Source of the DNA: Synechococcus sp.
Lineage (GTDB): Bacteria; Cyanobacteriota; Cyanobacteriia; PCC-6307; Cyanobiaceae
Length of the DNA: 64,000 bases
Assembly: GCA_047285535.1 (NCBI GenBank)
Contig: JBJBDC010000001.1
Location: forward strand, 1,248,136 to 1,312,135
Direction: 5' to 3'
This document shows positions 18,572 to 28,438 of this stretch, piece after piece. Positions within the stretch are counted from its first letter, which is position 1. Each line of letters starts with the position of its first letter. The notes under the pieces were generated by a model. That model saw nothing but the letters and a program-made list of their open reading frames with translations, searched no databases and had not been told where the DNA came from. Position numbers and translations under genes: made by a program.

Positions 18572-18928
18572 ATGAGTATGAACCACAGCAATGCACCACG
18601 CGACTTCCTAGAGGCGCTGCAATCACTCAAACAAGCAAGACTTGTGACCCATGCATTCATGACGCATGATCACCAATTCAATGGTCTAACCGAAGCTGAA
18701 CAAAATAGCTTGCAAAACAGCATCACACCGTATTTTAATGCAATTTTTGAAATCGAAGACAGAATTTTATCCTGGTATCGCGAAATTCATCCAGAGCTCA
18801 TAGACGATGACGACTTAATCGAATCAATCGAGGAAGAGTTTGGCTACGAAACGTTACTTTCCGAGAAAGGGAAACTAGACTTGGAAAAACTCTTCAAAGA
18901 AGGTAATGAAGGAACCACTCAAAATTAA
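18572..18928 (+). CDS. Hypothetical protein (118 aa)
   Basis: ATG-started acidic ORF; no family recognised. Confidence 0.65.
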   Translation: MSMNHSNAPRDFLEALQSLKQARLVTHAFMTHDHQFNGLTEAEQNSLQNSITPYFNAIFEIEDRILSWYREIHPELIDDDDLIESIEEEFGYETLLSEKGKLDLEKLFKEGNEGTTQN

Positions 18929-18996
18929 TCAAAAAATTTCGACCAAATCCAGATTTAGATCTCAATACTTATCGCGATATCCTTAAAAGTATCGAG

Positions 18997-19452
18997 CTAT
19001 AAATCGTCCTCAATGCATTCAGTGAATTCTTGAAATGCTCTCTTCAGTCGTTCAACAGGTGTTTCTGAAGGCGGACACTCTTGGGACGTATTTCGTGCAT
19101 AAACCTGAAGAAGCCGGGGATCAGGATCAAGAATGGATGCCACCGCAGCCTTATAAATCACAATATTTTTTTGTGACGTTAAGCCCTCTAAGTAAGGCTC
19201 TAATTCCCAAGGCTGATCAGGGGTCGCTTTGATCACGCTGAGTGGACGAATCAATTGATACGCCCTTTCGCCATCTGGATCCGTTGTGTTCCTAAGCCGC
19301 GCCATCAACACACCGCCACTGCTTAATAGGATCAATTTGATCGTGCCCTCATTTAAGAGAGGCAAAAAAGGGAGCGCCTCCTTTGGCGACTTTGTCTGAT
19401 CCAGAGCCTCAAGACCGCCCTTTCGGACTCCACTGACCACAGGCCCTGGCAT
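18997..19452 (-). CDS. Conserved hypothetical protein (possibly DUF6561-like); start uncertain
   Basis: TIKLILLSSGGVLMA...P...LEPY...IVI....VASILDP pattern; divergent from hemC. Confidence 0.6.
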   Translation of the reverse strand: MPGPVVSGVRKGGLEALDQTKSPKEALPFLPLLNEGTIKLILLSSGGVLMARLRNTTDPDGERAYQLIRPLSVIKATPDQPWELEPYLEGLTSQKNIVIYKAAVASILDPDPRLLQVYARNTSQECPPSETPVERLKRAFQEFTECIEDDL

Positions 19453-19618
19453 AGCAATCACACGACTGTGATGAATTGTAAATCCGATGAATCGTGATAG
19501 GCGACTGAGGCGCTTGCATCCATCTGGCGAAGGCAGCTTCACCAGCCAGGCTCAAGGGACAAGCACATGACAGGGGGGGCAACGACTGCGTAATCTTGAA
19601 AACTGAAGTCTCACTACC

Positions 19619-20578
19619 ATGGCCCTCGAGCACCTGCGCATTGCCTCCCGCCGCAGCCAGCTGGCCATGGTTCAGACCAATTGGGTGAAAGCAGAGCTGG
19701 AAAAAGCCCATCCTGGTCTTGCTATTTCTGTTGAGGCAATGGCGACCCAAGGCGACAAGATCCTTGACGTTGCGCTAGCGAAGATTGGCGATAAAGGATT
19801 ATTCACGAAAGAACTCGAAGCTCAGATGCTGGTAGGGCGTGCCGAAATCGCCGTGCACTCTCTGAAAGACCTCCCCACGAATCTTCCCGAGGGCTTGATG
19901 CTTGGTTGCATCACAGAGCGAGAAGACCCAGCTGATGCCCTGGTGGTGAATAGCAAAAACGCTGAGTACACACTTGAGACCTTGCCAGAGGGTGCTGTGG
20001 TTGGCACAAGCTCTTTGCGCCGCTTAGCCCAACTGCGTTATCACTACCCTCATCTTCAGTTCAAAGATGTACGCGGCAATGTCATTACAAGGCTAGAAAA
20101 ACTCGACTCCGGCCATTACGACTGTTTGATCCTGGCAGCCGCAGGACTCAGTCGTCTCGGCTTTGGAGATCGGATTCACCAACTCATTCCCGGAGACATT
20201 TCTCTTCATGCGGTTGGCCAAGGAGCTCTCGGCATTGAATGCGTTTGCGATAGCCCAGAGGTGATGAAGCTCATTCAAGTCCTAGAACATCCACCAACAT
20301 CAGCCCGCTGCCTTGCAGAGCGGGCATTTCTAAGAGTTCTAGAGGGTGGTTGCCAAGTCCCAATCGGTGTCAATAGTCAAATTTCCGAAAACACGCTCAA
20401 ACTCACGGGGATGGTGGCGAGCCTGGACGGCAAACGACTCATTCGTGACCAACAGAGTGGATCCCTATGTGACCCAGAAGCCGTAGGGAGAGACCTGGCT
20501 AATAAACTCAAAGATCAGGGTGCGGAAGAGATTCTGCAAGAGATTTTCGAGCAAGAACGGAGTCAATCATCCCCCTAA
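19619..20578 (+). CDS. hemC: Hydroxymethylbilane synthase (porphobilinogen deaminase)
   Basis: [50 protein letters not shown]. Confidence 0.98.
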   Translation: MALEHLRIASRRSQLAMVQTNWVKAELEKAHPGLAISVEAMATQGDKILDVALAKIGDKGLFTKELEAQMLVGRAEIAVHSLKDLPTNLPEGLMLGCITEREDPADALVVNSKNAEYTLETLPEGAVVGTSSLRRLAQLRYHYPHLQFKDVRGNVITRLEKLDSGHYDCLILAAAGLSRLGFGDRIHQLIPGDISLHAVGQGALGIECVCDSPEVMKLIQVLEHPPTSARCLAERAFLRVLEGGCQVPIGVNSQISENTLKLTGMVASLDGKRLIRDQQSGSLCDPEAVGRDLANKLKDQGAEEILQEIFEQERSQSSP

Positions 20579-20587
20579 TCCTTCACC

Positions 20588-21175
20588 TCAACGAATGATC
20601 TCCACTGGCATCCCCACTTCAACGTGGTCATACAGTTGTTGAACATGCGCATTCAACATGCGCACACAGCCATTCGAGACAGCTGCTCTTGTCTTCACCC
20701 AATGCGGCCATGGTGTTCCATGAATCCCAAATTGATTGGATCCGCTCCTCAAGAAACCAATCCAGCGATGTCCCAGAGGACTTTTAGGCCCTCTGAGAGG
20801 ATTCACCTTCCCTGACTTTGTGCTCTGATATTGAGGATTAATCATCATGTTTTCAACCTTGAAAAGGCCTGTCGGGGTTGGAGTTTTGGGATCTCCGATT
20901 GCAACAGGCCAAGGTCCAAGGGTCTGACCTTGTCGCACAACGCGGATTTGCCTTCTGCCTAGATCAAGAACCACACGCCCCTCCTCCGGCTCTTGCCCAA
21001 TCATCGTCAACTGACTGGCTTTGACCCCGGGGACCGCTGGAACAGCCACAAGAAAACTAGAGGCAAACAAAACCGCCCGAAGAACACTGTCGCAAGAGGC
21101 GCGTTTAAGACCCATGAGTAGAAACCCAAGACTCGCTAGTCTCAAGTTATGCACTGTGCGGAAAAAAAACCGCAC
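20588..21175 (-). CDS. L,D-transpeptidase (YkuD domain); start uncertain
   Basis: PVAIG...TPTG, FGIHGT and SNGCVRM motifs. Confidence 0.9.
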   Translation of the reverse strand: MRFFFRTVHNLRLASLGFLLMGLKRASCDSVLRAVLFASSFLVAVPAVPGVKASQLTMIGQEPEEGRVVLDLGRRQIRVVRQGQTLGPWPVAIGDPKTPTPTGLFKVENMMINPQYQSTKSGKVNPLRGPKSPLGHRWIGFLRSGSNQFGIHGTPWPHWVKTRAAVSNGCVRMLNAHVQQLYDHVEVGMPVEIIR

Positions 21176-21284
21176 ACCTCACTGGGAAAAACCTTAAGGA
21201 TTCAGAAGTATCCACTTCTTGAAGGCTCCGTTCCTCGCCAAGGCTCAAAAAGTGCTACAAGCCATAAATCTCATTAACAGCGGC

Positions 21285-22262
21285 ATGAAGCACCAACTGT
21301 CCTGGTCCGAAGAAGAAGCAAAGCTGTTTCTACAGGCGATGCAAGAAGTGAGCTCTATAGGGGGCAGCTCAGACATCGAGCCAATCACCCTGGAAATGAT
21401 GGAGTCAATTCAGAAATATGTACTGAAATCAAACGTCAGAATTCAAACACTGGAACGCATTCAACCAGAAACTTTATCCAGGAAAATTCCTGAAAAAGAT
21501 AAGCGCGCGCAGCTCATCCAAATCCTGATTTTACTTCCTTATGTCGACATGAAGGTAGACCCTGAAATGATATCAATAGTGGACAATTTTGCAAACCATT
21601 TAGATGTTCACCCACAAACCATCAAAGACTTACATCAAGTTCGCGACAATCACATGAAGCGGCTTTTGTTTGATTACGGGAGAAGAAGCTTAGGAGAATT
21701 TCTAGGTCTCAACTCGCCATCGAAAGTTGTAAAAGGCGTGATCACAATGTTTCACCAAGCCATAGGAGATAGTGCTGTCTCTAAAAAATATCAAGCTCTA
21801 GAGACCTATCCAGAAAACAGTCTTGGGCATACAATTTTCCATTGGTATCGCGATCGCAAGTGGGCACTACCAGGAGAGAAAAAAAGTACATCTGAATTAA
21901 TTTTAAATCATGACTGTTGTCATATCCTCGGAGGATTTAACACTGACGTCAGTGGTGAAATGAATGTCGCCGCTTTTCAAGCGGGACTATTTGATGATGG
22001 ATTTGGGTTCGAATCTCTTCTGGAAGTAATACTTGACTTTCACCTAGGAAAAGCTTTCAGCACCGTTGGAAATATCATTCCACCATCAAAAGGCGCTTTT
22101 TGTCCTGATGATGCGATGGCAGGCTATGAAAAGGGCCTTGCCTGCAACACAAATCTCATAAAAGACCTTGACTTCTGGTCTGTAGCCCATGAATCTGTTT
22201 ACGTATTACGGCAAAAATATGAGATACCTCCATCCCCAGGCCCAATCTTGATTAAACCCTAA
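21285..22262 (+). CDS. Hypothetical protein with a C-terminal Coq4-like HDxxH domain
   Basis: YPENSLG..., LPGE, HDCCHILGGFNTDVSGE pattern; ATG at 21285 preferred to TTG at 21219. Confidence 0.65.
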   Translation: MKHQLSWSEEEAKLFLQAMQEVSSIGGSSDIEPITLEMMESIQKYVLKSNVRIQTLERIQPETLSRKIPEKDKRAQLIQILILLPYVDMKVDPEMISIVDNFANHLDVHPQTIKDLHQVRDNHMKRLLFDYGRRSLGEFLGLNSPSKVVKGVITMFHQAIGDSAVSKKYQALETYPENSLGHTIFHWYRDRKWALPGEKKSTSELILNHDCCHILGGFNTDVSGEMNVAAFQAGLFDDGFGFESLLEVILDFHLGKAFSTVGNIIPPSKGAFCPDDAMAGYEKGLACNTNLIKDLDFWSVAHESVYVLRQKYEIPPSPGPILIKP

Positions 22263-22269
22263 GCAAAAT

Positions 22270-22312
22270 ATTCAAAGTCAATCGTGGGGTAAACCCACGA
22301 TTGACTTTGAAT
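22270..22312. terminator. Perfect 19-bp inverted repeat, likely bidirectional terminator
   Basis: attcaaagtcaatcgtggg-gtaaa-cccacgattgactttgaat between two convergent genes. Confidence 0.8.
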
Positions 22313-22332
22313 GAGGAGGTCTTAAAAGTAAT

Positions 22333-22920
22333 TTAATCGACCAACTTAGGGTCAATCTCGGCCATATATCGATCTTCGCAGCTCTTGATAATCTCCACAG
22401 CTTTTTCAACGCCAAAGAAGCCATTAACCGAACAAGTTCCTGGCTTTTTCAGATCTTTATAATGCTCCCAATAATAAGTGGTTTCTTTCTTCCATTGCTC
22501 ACCAAGATCTTCAAAGCTCTTGATGTGATCAACACGCTTATCATCTGCCAAGACTGCGATCACCTTGTCATCAACTTCACCACCATCATCAAAGGTCATA
22601 ATCCCGATAATCCGTGCTTCAACAACCGAGCCAGAAATCAAGGGTTCGGTCACATTCACAATCTCAATGTCAAGGGGGTCTCCGTCTTCATCCCAGGTGC
22701 GAGGAATACAGCCATAGGCGAAGGGATAAGCCAGAGAGGAGTAACCAACTCGATCCAGCTTGAGATGACCTGTTTCCGTAATCAGCTCGTACTTATTGAT
22801 TGTGTTGGAATTCAGCTCCACGATGGTATTGAGCCGAAGCTCAGCCTCATCAGCAAAGGCCGGCAGCACGTGAAGCAAATTGGGCATGCTGCGGCTTGGA
22901 GCCTGGTCGAGGTTGGCCAT
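22333..22920 (-). CDS. ppa: Inorganic pyrophosphatase (family I)
   Basis: NKYE, LDR, YPFAYGCIPRT, DGDPLD, DDKVIAV, HYKDL. Confidence 0.97.
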   Translation of the reverse strand: MANLDQAPSRSMPNLLHVLPAFADEAELRLNTIVELNSNTINKYELITETGHLKLDRVGYSSLAYPFAYGCIPRTWDEDGDPLDIEIVNVTEPLISGSVVEARIIGIMTFDDGGEVDDKVIAVLADDKRVDHIKSFEDLGEQWKKETTYYWEHYKDLKKPGTCSVNGFFGVEKAVEIIKSCEDRYMAEIDPKLVD

Positions 22921-23017
22921 GAAGGAGGACGATCAGCGCCGAAATCCTACGGGGTGATTGCACGCCAACCAGCAAGCACGTAATTTAACAGCAAAGCAAC
23001 CATTTCGTATCAAACTC

Positions 23018-24544
23018 CTAGGCGACAGCCTGAACCATTCCAAGTTTTTCCTCAAGGTAAAGAAGAAAAGGTTCCGAGCCAAGCGGTTTCCCACTCACTT
23101 GCTGAACAAGTTGTTCCGCATTCAGAGCACGACCAATGGGATGCACATGTTGACGCAACCAGTCCAGCAGCGACGAAACATTACACCTGGCCACATGCTT
23201 TTCTGGTGGCCCGATTGCAGCGGCCATCGCCTCACTGAGCTGAGCGCTGATGAGATGGCCCAGTAAATAAGAGGGGAAATACCCAAATAGACCTTCACTC
23301 CAGTGAACATCCTGCAAACACCCCTCCGCGTCATTGGCTGGTGACACCCCCAGGAGTTCTTCATAACGGCGATTCCATTCCGCTGGAAGCTCCTCCACCG
23401 CAAGTCCCTGCTCCAGCAAAGCAATTTCAAGATCCGTGCGAATCATGATGTGCAGTCCGTAGCTCAGCTCATCAGCCTCCACTCGATTCAAGCCCGGAGC
23501 CATAGGATTCATGGCCTTCCACAGAGCATCTGCCGATGTCAGCGGTGCACCAGCAGCCGCGAAATCCTCCCACCACAGCTGGGCAAACGGCTGACTTCTC
23601 GCCACTCGATTTTCCCAAAACAGAGACTGACTTTCATGGACGGCCATGGATGTTGCCTGCCCCAGAGGCCAGGCAAACCATTGATGCTTCTGATCAGGAA
23701 GACCCTGCTCGTAAAGAGAATGGCCCCACTCATGCGCTGTGGCCAAGAAGCAAGAGAGCGGTTGGCCAGGCACAACTCTTGTCGTGATTCTGTAGTCGCT
23801 TGGACCGAGCGTGATCGAGAACGGATGAGGAGAGCGCGCTACACAAGTGATGGATTCATCTCGTCCCCAAGACCTCAACAACTTGTTGCAGAGTTGTTGC
23901 TGTGCCGTTTCCGACAGGTCCCAACTCAGCTCCCGTTGGCGTGGGTCTCCCCCAGCTTTCCTTAGCAACTCTGGCAAACGCTTGCGAAGCGGAGCAAACA
24001 GCTCTTGCAATCGCTGCAGTGTGAGATCGGGCTCAAACGGCTGAGCCAAGGTTTCCCAACAACTGCGCGGTTCAGCCAACTGCCGAGCCTGCTCCTGACG
24101 CAAGCGAATCATGGTTCGCAGCGACGGAGCAAACAAACTGAAATCGGAATCAGCACGAGCCTGTTGCCAGTTGTTGTATCCATCGGCCTTGGCCATAGCC
24201 AAAGCAGAAACCAAATCAGGGTCTAATGCTTCTTGGCGTTCCAGATCCTGCTCAAGCAGATCAAGATTTCGGCCGCGAGCCAAGCGATCACTCGAAGAGA
24301 GGGAATGGCCTAGCTGTTGCCATTCGCCCCTGGCCTCGCGAATGAGATCGGCATACTCCTGTGAGCTTTGCCTGGAGTGCAACTGCATGGCGAGCAACGC
24401 CAACTGCTCTCCACGCCAGGCCGCTCCTCCTGAGGGCATACGGGTGTTCTGATCCCAATAAAGAGTGCTCTGAATGGAACCAGTGATTTTGGTTTGATGC
24501 AGGTAATCGCCTAACCGATCCCAGGCCGTTGTCCTGGATCCCAT
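23018..24544 (-). CDS. Carboxypeptidase, M32 family
   Basis: WDQNT.MP, HPF, HEWGHSLYEQG, HESQSLFWEN, GCLQDVHW, GYFPSYLLG. Confidence 0.96.
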   Translation of the reverse strand: MGSRTTAWDRLGDYLHQTKITGSIQSTLYWDQNTRMPSGGAAWRGEQLALLAMQLHSRQSSQEYADLIREARGEWQQLGHSLSSSDRLARGRNLDLLEQDLERQEALDPDLVSALAMAKADGYNNWQQARADSDFSLFAPSLRTMIRLRQEQARQLAEPRSCWETLAQPFEPDLTLQRLQELFAPLRKRLPELLRKAGGDPRQRELSWDLSETAQQQLCNKLLRSWGRDESITCVARSPHPFSITLGPSDYRITTRVVPGQPLSCFLATAHEWGHSLYEQGLPDQKHQWFAWPLGQATSMAVHESQSLFWENRVARSQPFAQLWWEDFAAAGAPLTSADALWKAMNPMAPGLNRVEADELSYGLHIMIRTDLEIALLEQGLAVEELPAEWNRRYEELLGVSPANDAEGCLQDVHWSEGLFGYFPSYLLGHLISAQLSEAMAAAIGPPEKHVARCNVSSLLDWLRQHVHPIGRALNAEQLVQQVSGKPLGSEPFLLYLEEKLGMVQAVA

Positions 24545-24673
24545 CTGGGCTCCAACTCTTGTTGAACCTTATCCAGCTCCGTGGTTGAAGGCGATGCCCA
24601 CACAACAAATGCGTAGCCGGTTTGCCCCTCACGATCAGTTTCGATAACTAATCCAGAGGTCATCAACACATGC

Positions 24674-24886
24674 TCAAAGCTCGCCTTGATGCCTATAGAC
24701 ACGAGGAACAAACACTAAAAAGACTAACCACCAACCCAAAACCGCGAGGACGACAGGTGCAGTGAACCAGAGTTTCTGAAAAAGAATCCAGCTGCCGATT
24801 GAAATCAAAACACCTGTCAATACAATGCTCCAAGGCTGACACCACCAAGGCTTAAGAGACCAAAACGCAACGGGTTCTTGAGTCAT
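24674..24886 (-). CDS. Small membrane protein (DUF6737-like)
   Basis: FWSLKPWWCQPWSIVLTG motif and two TM segments. Confidence 0.75.
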   Translation of the reverse strand: MTQEPVAFWSLKPWWCQPWSIVLTGVLISIGSWILFQKLWFTAPVVLAVLGWWLVFLVFVPRVYRHQGEL

Positions 24887-24893
24887 AACAGCT

Positions 24894-25127
24894 CTACTTT
24901 TCCCTGCAATAACCAGCACCAACATTCATCCAGCCTGAATCACAAGCCTCCCCATTTGTAAGACGCATTTTATAATAAATGGGAGAAACACATGTCGTAC
25001 CAAGAGTGTTGACATAACCCAAGGGACATTGGTTGTGGCCTTTTGCTTTTGGAATCCTTTTTTGCGACCAAGCGTTCGATGGGACGATCAAGCCAAACAA
25101 CAAACCAAAAGCAAACAAGCGACCCAT
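24894..25127 (-). CDS. Small secreted four-Cys protein
   Basis: Signal peptide plus CPLGYV..LG..C...C..GW.NVG.GYCR; paralogous to the next gene. Confidence 0.8.
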   Translation of the reverse strand: MGRLFAFGLLFGLIVPSNAWSQKRIPKAKGHNQCPLGYVNTLGTTCVSPIYYKMRLTNGEACDSGWMNVGAGYCREK

Positions 25128-25190
25128 TGAATTGTGATCAGCTTTCTTAAGCTTAGTGATGAAATGAGAGTCCAGCAGAAAGCGACTGAA

Positions 25191-25478
25191 TTATTTTTTT
25201 CGACAGTAGCCACCTCCTACATCTTCCCAACCCATGGGGCAAGACTTCCCTTCTTTGGACTGTACGGTGTGCGTGATCAAACCAAGCGTGCTGCATTTTC
25301 CATTCAGCATGTCGACATAACCCAAAGGGCAAAGGCTGTCGATCTTTTTCACAATCCGCTGAGATGAGGCGGGAGGCACCTGCCAGGCCAAACCCCCCAA
25401 GGCAGCCATAGCTATCAACAATCCTATGCCCCGAAGATGAAAGGAGGAGAACCGATCAATCAACGGCGTCATGGGCAC
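25191..25478 (-). CDS. Small secreted four-Cys protein (paralogue of 24894-25127)
   Basis: Signal-like N-terminus plus CPLGYV..L..KC...CPMGWEDVGGGYCRKK. Confidence 0.8.
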   Translation of the reverse strand: MPMTPLIDRFSSFHLRGIGLLIAMAALGGLAWQVPPASSQRIVKKIDSLCPLGYVDMLNGKCSTLGLITHTVQSKEGKSCPMGWEDVGGGYCRKK

Positions 25479-25563
25479 TCAAAACGCTCTACGAACATTA
25501 AAGGCAATGACCACTCGATTTATATCCTGAATCAAAGTAAAAGCACAAGATTCTGTTTGATCC

Positions 25564-25881
25564 ATGTCAAAGCAAGCCGTTTTGCTCGATGAAACTGCAC
25601 GGAAGAGCCTCCATGCCTCTTGTCCTGACTGGAGCATCGGCTCTAGTGCGTTGGAAAGAGAGTGGCACTTCCACTCCTTCATAGAAGCCTTCGGATTCAT
25701 GACACAAGTCGCACTCCTGGCAGAACAAGCCAACCACCATCCTGAGTGGAGCAATGTTTACAACCGTGTCACCATTCGACTGACAACGCATGACCTGGGC
25801 GGACTCTCCAGCCGCGATGCCGATTTAGCCCAAGCCATTGATGCTCTGTCTCACAATTTTCAAATCCGACCATGTCAGTAA
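25564..25881 (+). CDS. phhB: Pterin-4-alpha-carbinolamine dehydratase
   Basis: [39 protein letters not shown]. Confidence 0.95.
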   Translation: MSKQAVLLDETARKSLHASCPDWSIGSSALEREWHFHSFIEAFGFMTQVALLAEQANHHPEWSNVYNRVTIRLTTHDLGGLSSRDADLAQAIDALSHNFQIRPCQ

Positions 25882-26716
25882 CTGCTTCCAACCAGAGGAT
25901 TGAGGCCAAGGGCATATCCGTCTCCATTCTCACTGGATTTTTAGGAGCCGGAAAGACAACACTTCTGAACCATATTCTCAGCAATCATGAGGGTCTAAAG
26001 ACTGCGGTTCTCGTGAATGATTTCGGAGACATTGGGATCGACAACGATCTGATCGTAAGCACTAGTGAAAACATGCTGAAGCTCAGTAATGGCGGCTGCA
26101 GATGCTGAACCATCACCGGAGAGTTACTTGAGGCAATAAGGCAAATCTGGAGCGCACTGACCAATTGAATTTCCTGATGATAGAGACAACAGACCTTGTT
26201 TCAAACGAGCGGGGCAAACAAGTTGAAGCAACACCACGTGACATCAAAAAAAATGCCCGAATTATTCATGCTTTAAAAGGAGATGTTCCCCTACCTCTAT
26301 GGATGAGTGTTGGCTTGTTTGAAATTGATTGTATTGCCAACACAGCAGATCTTGCTCACAGCCATCACGATCACAGCCATCACGATCACAGCCAGGCGGA
26401 CCACCTCGACATCGATAGCTACACCTTCCTGTCGTTCAGCAGTGATGGCTCTTTTGCCCTCCGTAAAGTCCAAAATTTTCTCTACAAAAAATTACGCGAA
26501 AGTGTGTTTCGAGCCAAAGGCATCCTGTGGTTCAAAGAAAGCGAAAAACACCATATTTTCCATTTGGCCGACAAACGCTTTTGCATCGACAACAGCGACT
26601 GGGAGGGTGATCGCAGAAACAAGCTGGTTTTAATTGGTCAAGACATGGATCAAGATGTCCTTAGGAAACAACTACAAAACTGTGACTTTAAAGATTCCGA
26701 CCCAAGGATTCAGTAA
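25872..26716 (+). pseudogene. COG0523/CobW-family metal-chaperone GTPase, disrupted
   Basis: [18 protein letters not shown] and [13 protein letters not shown], then a stop within the CxCC motif (GGCRC*), a frameshift, IETT fused directly to DLVS, a His-rich linker and a CobW_C domain (VFRAKGILWF, NKLVLIG). Confidence 0.88.
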
Positions 26717-27943
26717 GTGACCAGTGAAGCTATAAATGTTGCGCTCAGCAGCGCCCTCATCGGAGGTATAGCAGGGGCTTTGGGGGCATGGCTCATGCTG
26801 CTGATTGACTGGATGACAACACTGGGTTGGGGACCTGAGGTCTTGATGGGCTTCCCATCGAAAACCCCCATAGCTTTACAACTGGCTTTCCCTTTGCTGA
26901 TCGGATTGATCATTGGAGTCCTTCGCCTACGCGGAGCGGAACCCCTACCCGAACTGCACGCCACGATCGAGGAACTGCATCAGCAAGGCGGCATCAAGGT
27001 GTCAAAGCACAGAAGCCATCTATTACTTGGACTCCTGGCACTGATTGGAGGAGGAACGATAGGACCTGAAGCTCTGCTCAGTCGTGCACTAGCTGAATGG
27101 AGCGTGAGCCTCTCACGCTGGCGTTGGCTCAGCACTCTGCCGTCTCGAGCCAGCTGCTCTGTCAGCGGAGTCTTAGGACTTTTTGGTCTGCCTCTCATCG
27201 GTGGAATCGCCTTGGCCGAGCGACCTGATCAGCCATTGCCTGCTGGTTTATGGCGCTGGCTCCCCGGACTGTCCAGTGGTATTGCCGGATTTGCTGTGTT
27301 TCAAGGGTTGACCCGCTTTGGGAGCGGAGAGGAGGGAGTTCCTTACCTATGGCCCACTAATGGCCATCAACTTTTGACCCATTTGATCTGGGCGGTCCTG
27401 CTGGGCATTCTCGGCGGTGGGCTTGGACTTGTGTTCCTGCGCTGGAGAAGGGTCTGTGAGTCTGGGCTGCAAACGCGTCTTCCGAACCCCTTAAGCCAAG
27501 CGATCCTCACTGGGTTGATCATCGCAATGATCAGCCAGTTACAGCCTTTGGCGCTGTTTTCTGGTGAACAACAAATCACTCCCCTTCTTCAACAAGATCT
27601 TGCTTTGAGTGGAGGTGGCTTGATCTTATTGGGGGTCGTTAAGTTGGCGAGCTGCGGCCTATGCCTAAGCAGTGGATGGATTGGCGGACTTTTCTTCCCT
27701 CTCATTTTTTCAGCCTGCTCGATTGCTCAGGGATTAGCCCTTGTCTGGCCAGATCTCATACCCGGTCAGGTAGCCGTTAGCAGCATGGCAGCAGCGATCC
27801 AAAGTGCCGTTTTAGGTCAAGCGCTCCTTCCCATTCTCATCACGGCAGGAGTTCTCAAAGGTCATGCCGTGTCAGGCATCATGATGGGAAGCGTAATGGG
27901 ATTGGGCGTGAGGCAGCTTTCATTTATCAGAAGGTCTGACTAG
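26717..27943 (+). CDS. Chloride channel (CLC-family) protein
   Basis: Many TM helices; GGTIGPEA and GWIGGLFFP motifs. Confidence 0.8.
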   Translation: MTSEAINVALSSALIGGIAGALGAWLMLLIDWMTTLGWGPEVLMGFPSKTPIALQLAFPLLIGLIIGVLRLRGAEPLPELHATIEELHQQGGIKVSKHRSHLLLGLLALIGGGTIGPEALLSRALAEWSVSLSRWRWLSTLPSRASCSVSGVLGLFGLPLIGGIALAERPDQPLPAGLWRWLPGLSSGIAGFAVFQGLTRFGSGEEGVPYLWPTNGHQLLTHLIWAVLLGILGGGLGLVFLRWRRVCESGLQTRLPNPLSQAILTGLIIAMISQLQPLALFSGEQQITPLLQQDLALSGGGLILLGVVKLASCGLCLSSGWIGGLFFPLIFSACSIAQGLALVWPDLIPGQVAVSSMAAAIQSAVLGQALLPILITAGVLKGHAVSGIMMGSVMGLGVRQLSFIRRSD

Positions 27944-27967
27944 TATTGAAAAAATCTCGGATTAACA

Positions 27968-28114
27968 ATGCTGGAGCTCACGCTTCTTGGAGCATGTTTC
28001 CTTCTTATTGGCATTCTCCTTTGGGCTTCAGGATTTTCTGATGATGACGACAATAGCGATAGTGGTTTGATGGAACCAGTTCTCGTACCGATCCCCGTTC
28101 GCGATAGACGTTAA
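27968..28114 (+). CDS. Small single-TM protein (48 aa), not in the ORF track
   Basis: MLELTLLGACFLLIGILLWASGFSDDDDNSDSGLMEPVLVPIPVRDRR; TM + poly-Asp + MxPVLVP pattern typical of picocyanobacterial small proteins. Confidence 0.65.
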   Translation: MLELTLLGACFLLIGILLWASGFSDDDDNSDSGLMEPVLVPIPVRDRR

Positions 28115-28438
28115 CTCTTAGATCATCCAAACTCTCATTTGAATCTCGATAATGTAACTTTTGATCCAATCATCTCCTTAGTAGATCACTGAGGAACGAT
28201 ATGTACAGAGATGCTGGGACATTCTTGAATCATTCACAACAATCAAACGTCTTAGATTACACTCATCAAGTTGACAGGCATTGGCATGTGATATTTGAGG
28301 CCATTACTGTTGATGCCATCGAATGATTACGCTCTGATGGAGACTGATCAAGCACACAGAATTTGATCTTGACCGACACAATGCGACTGTTTCATCAAGT
28401 TAATACCGCCTTCAAATGATCAGAAATAACGGCAGGCA

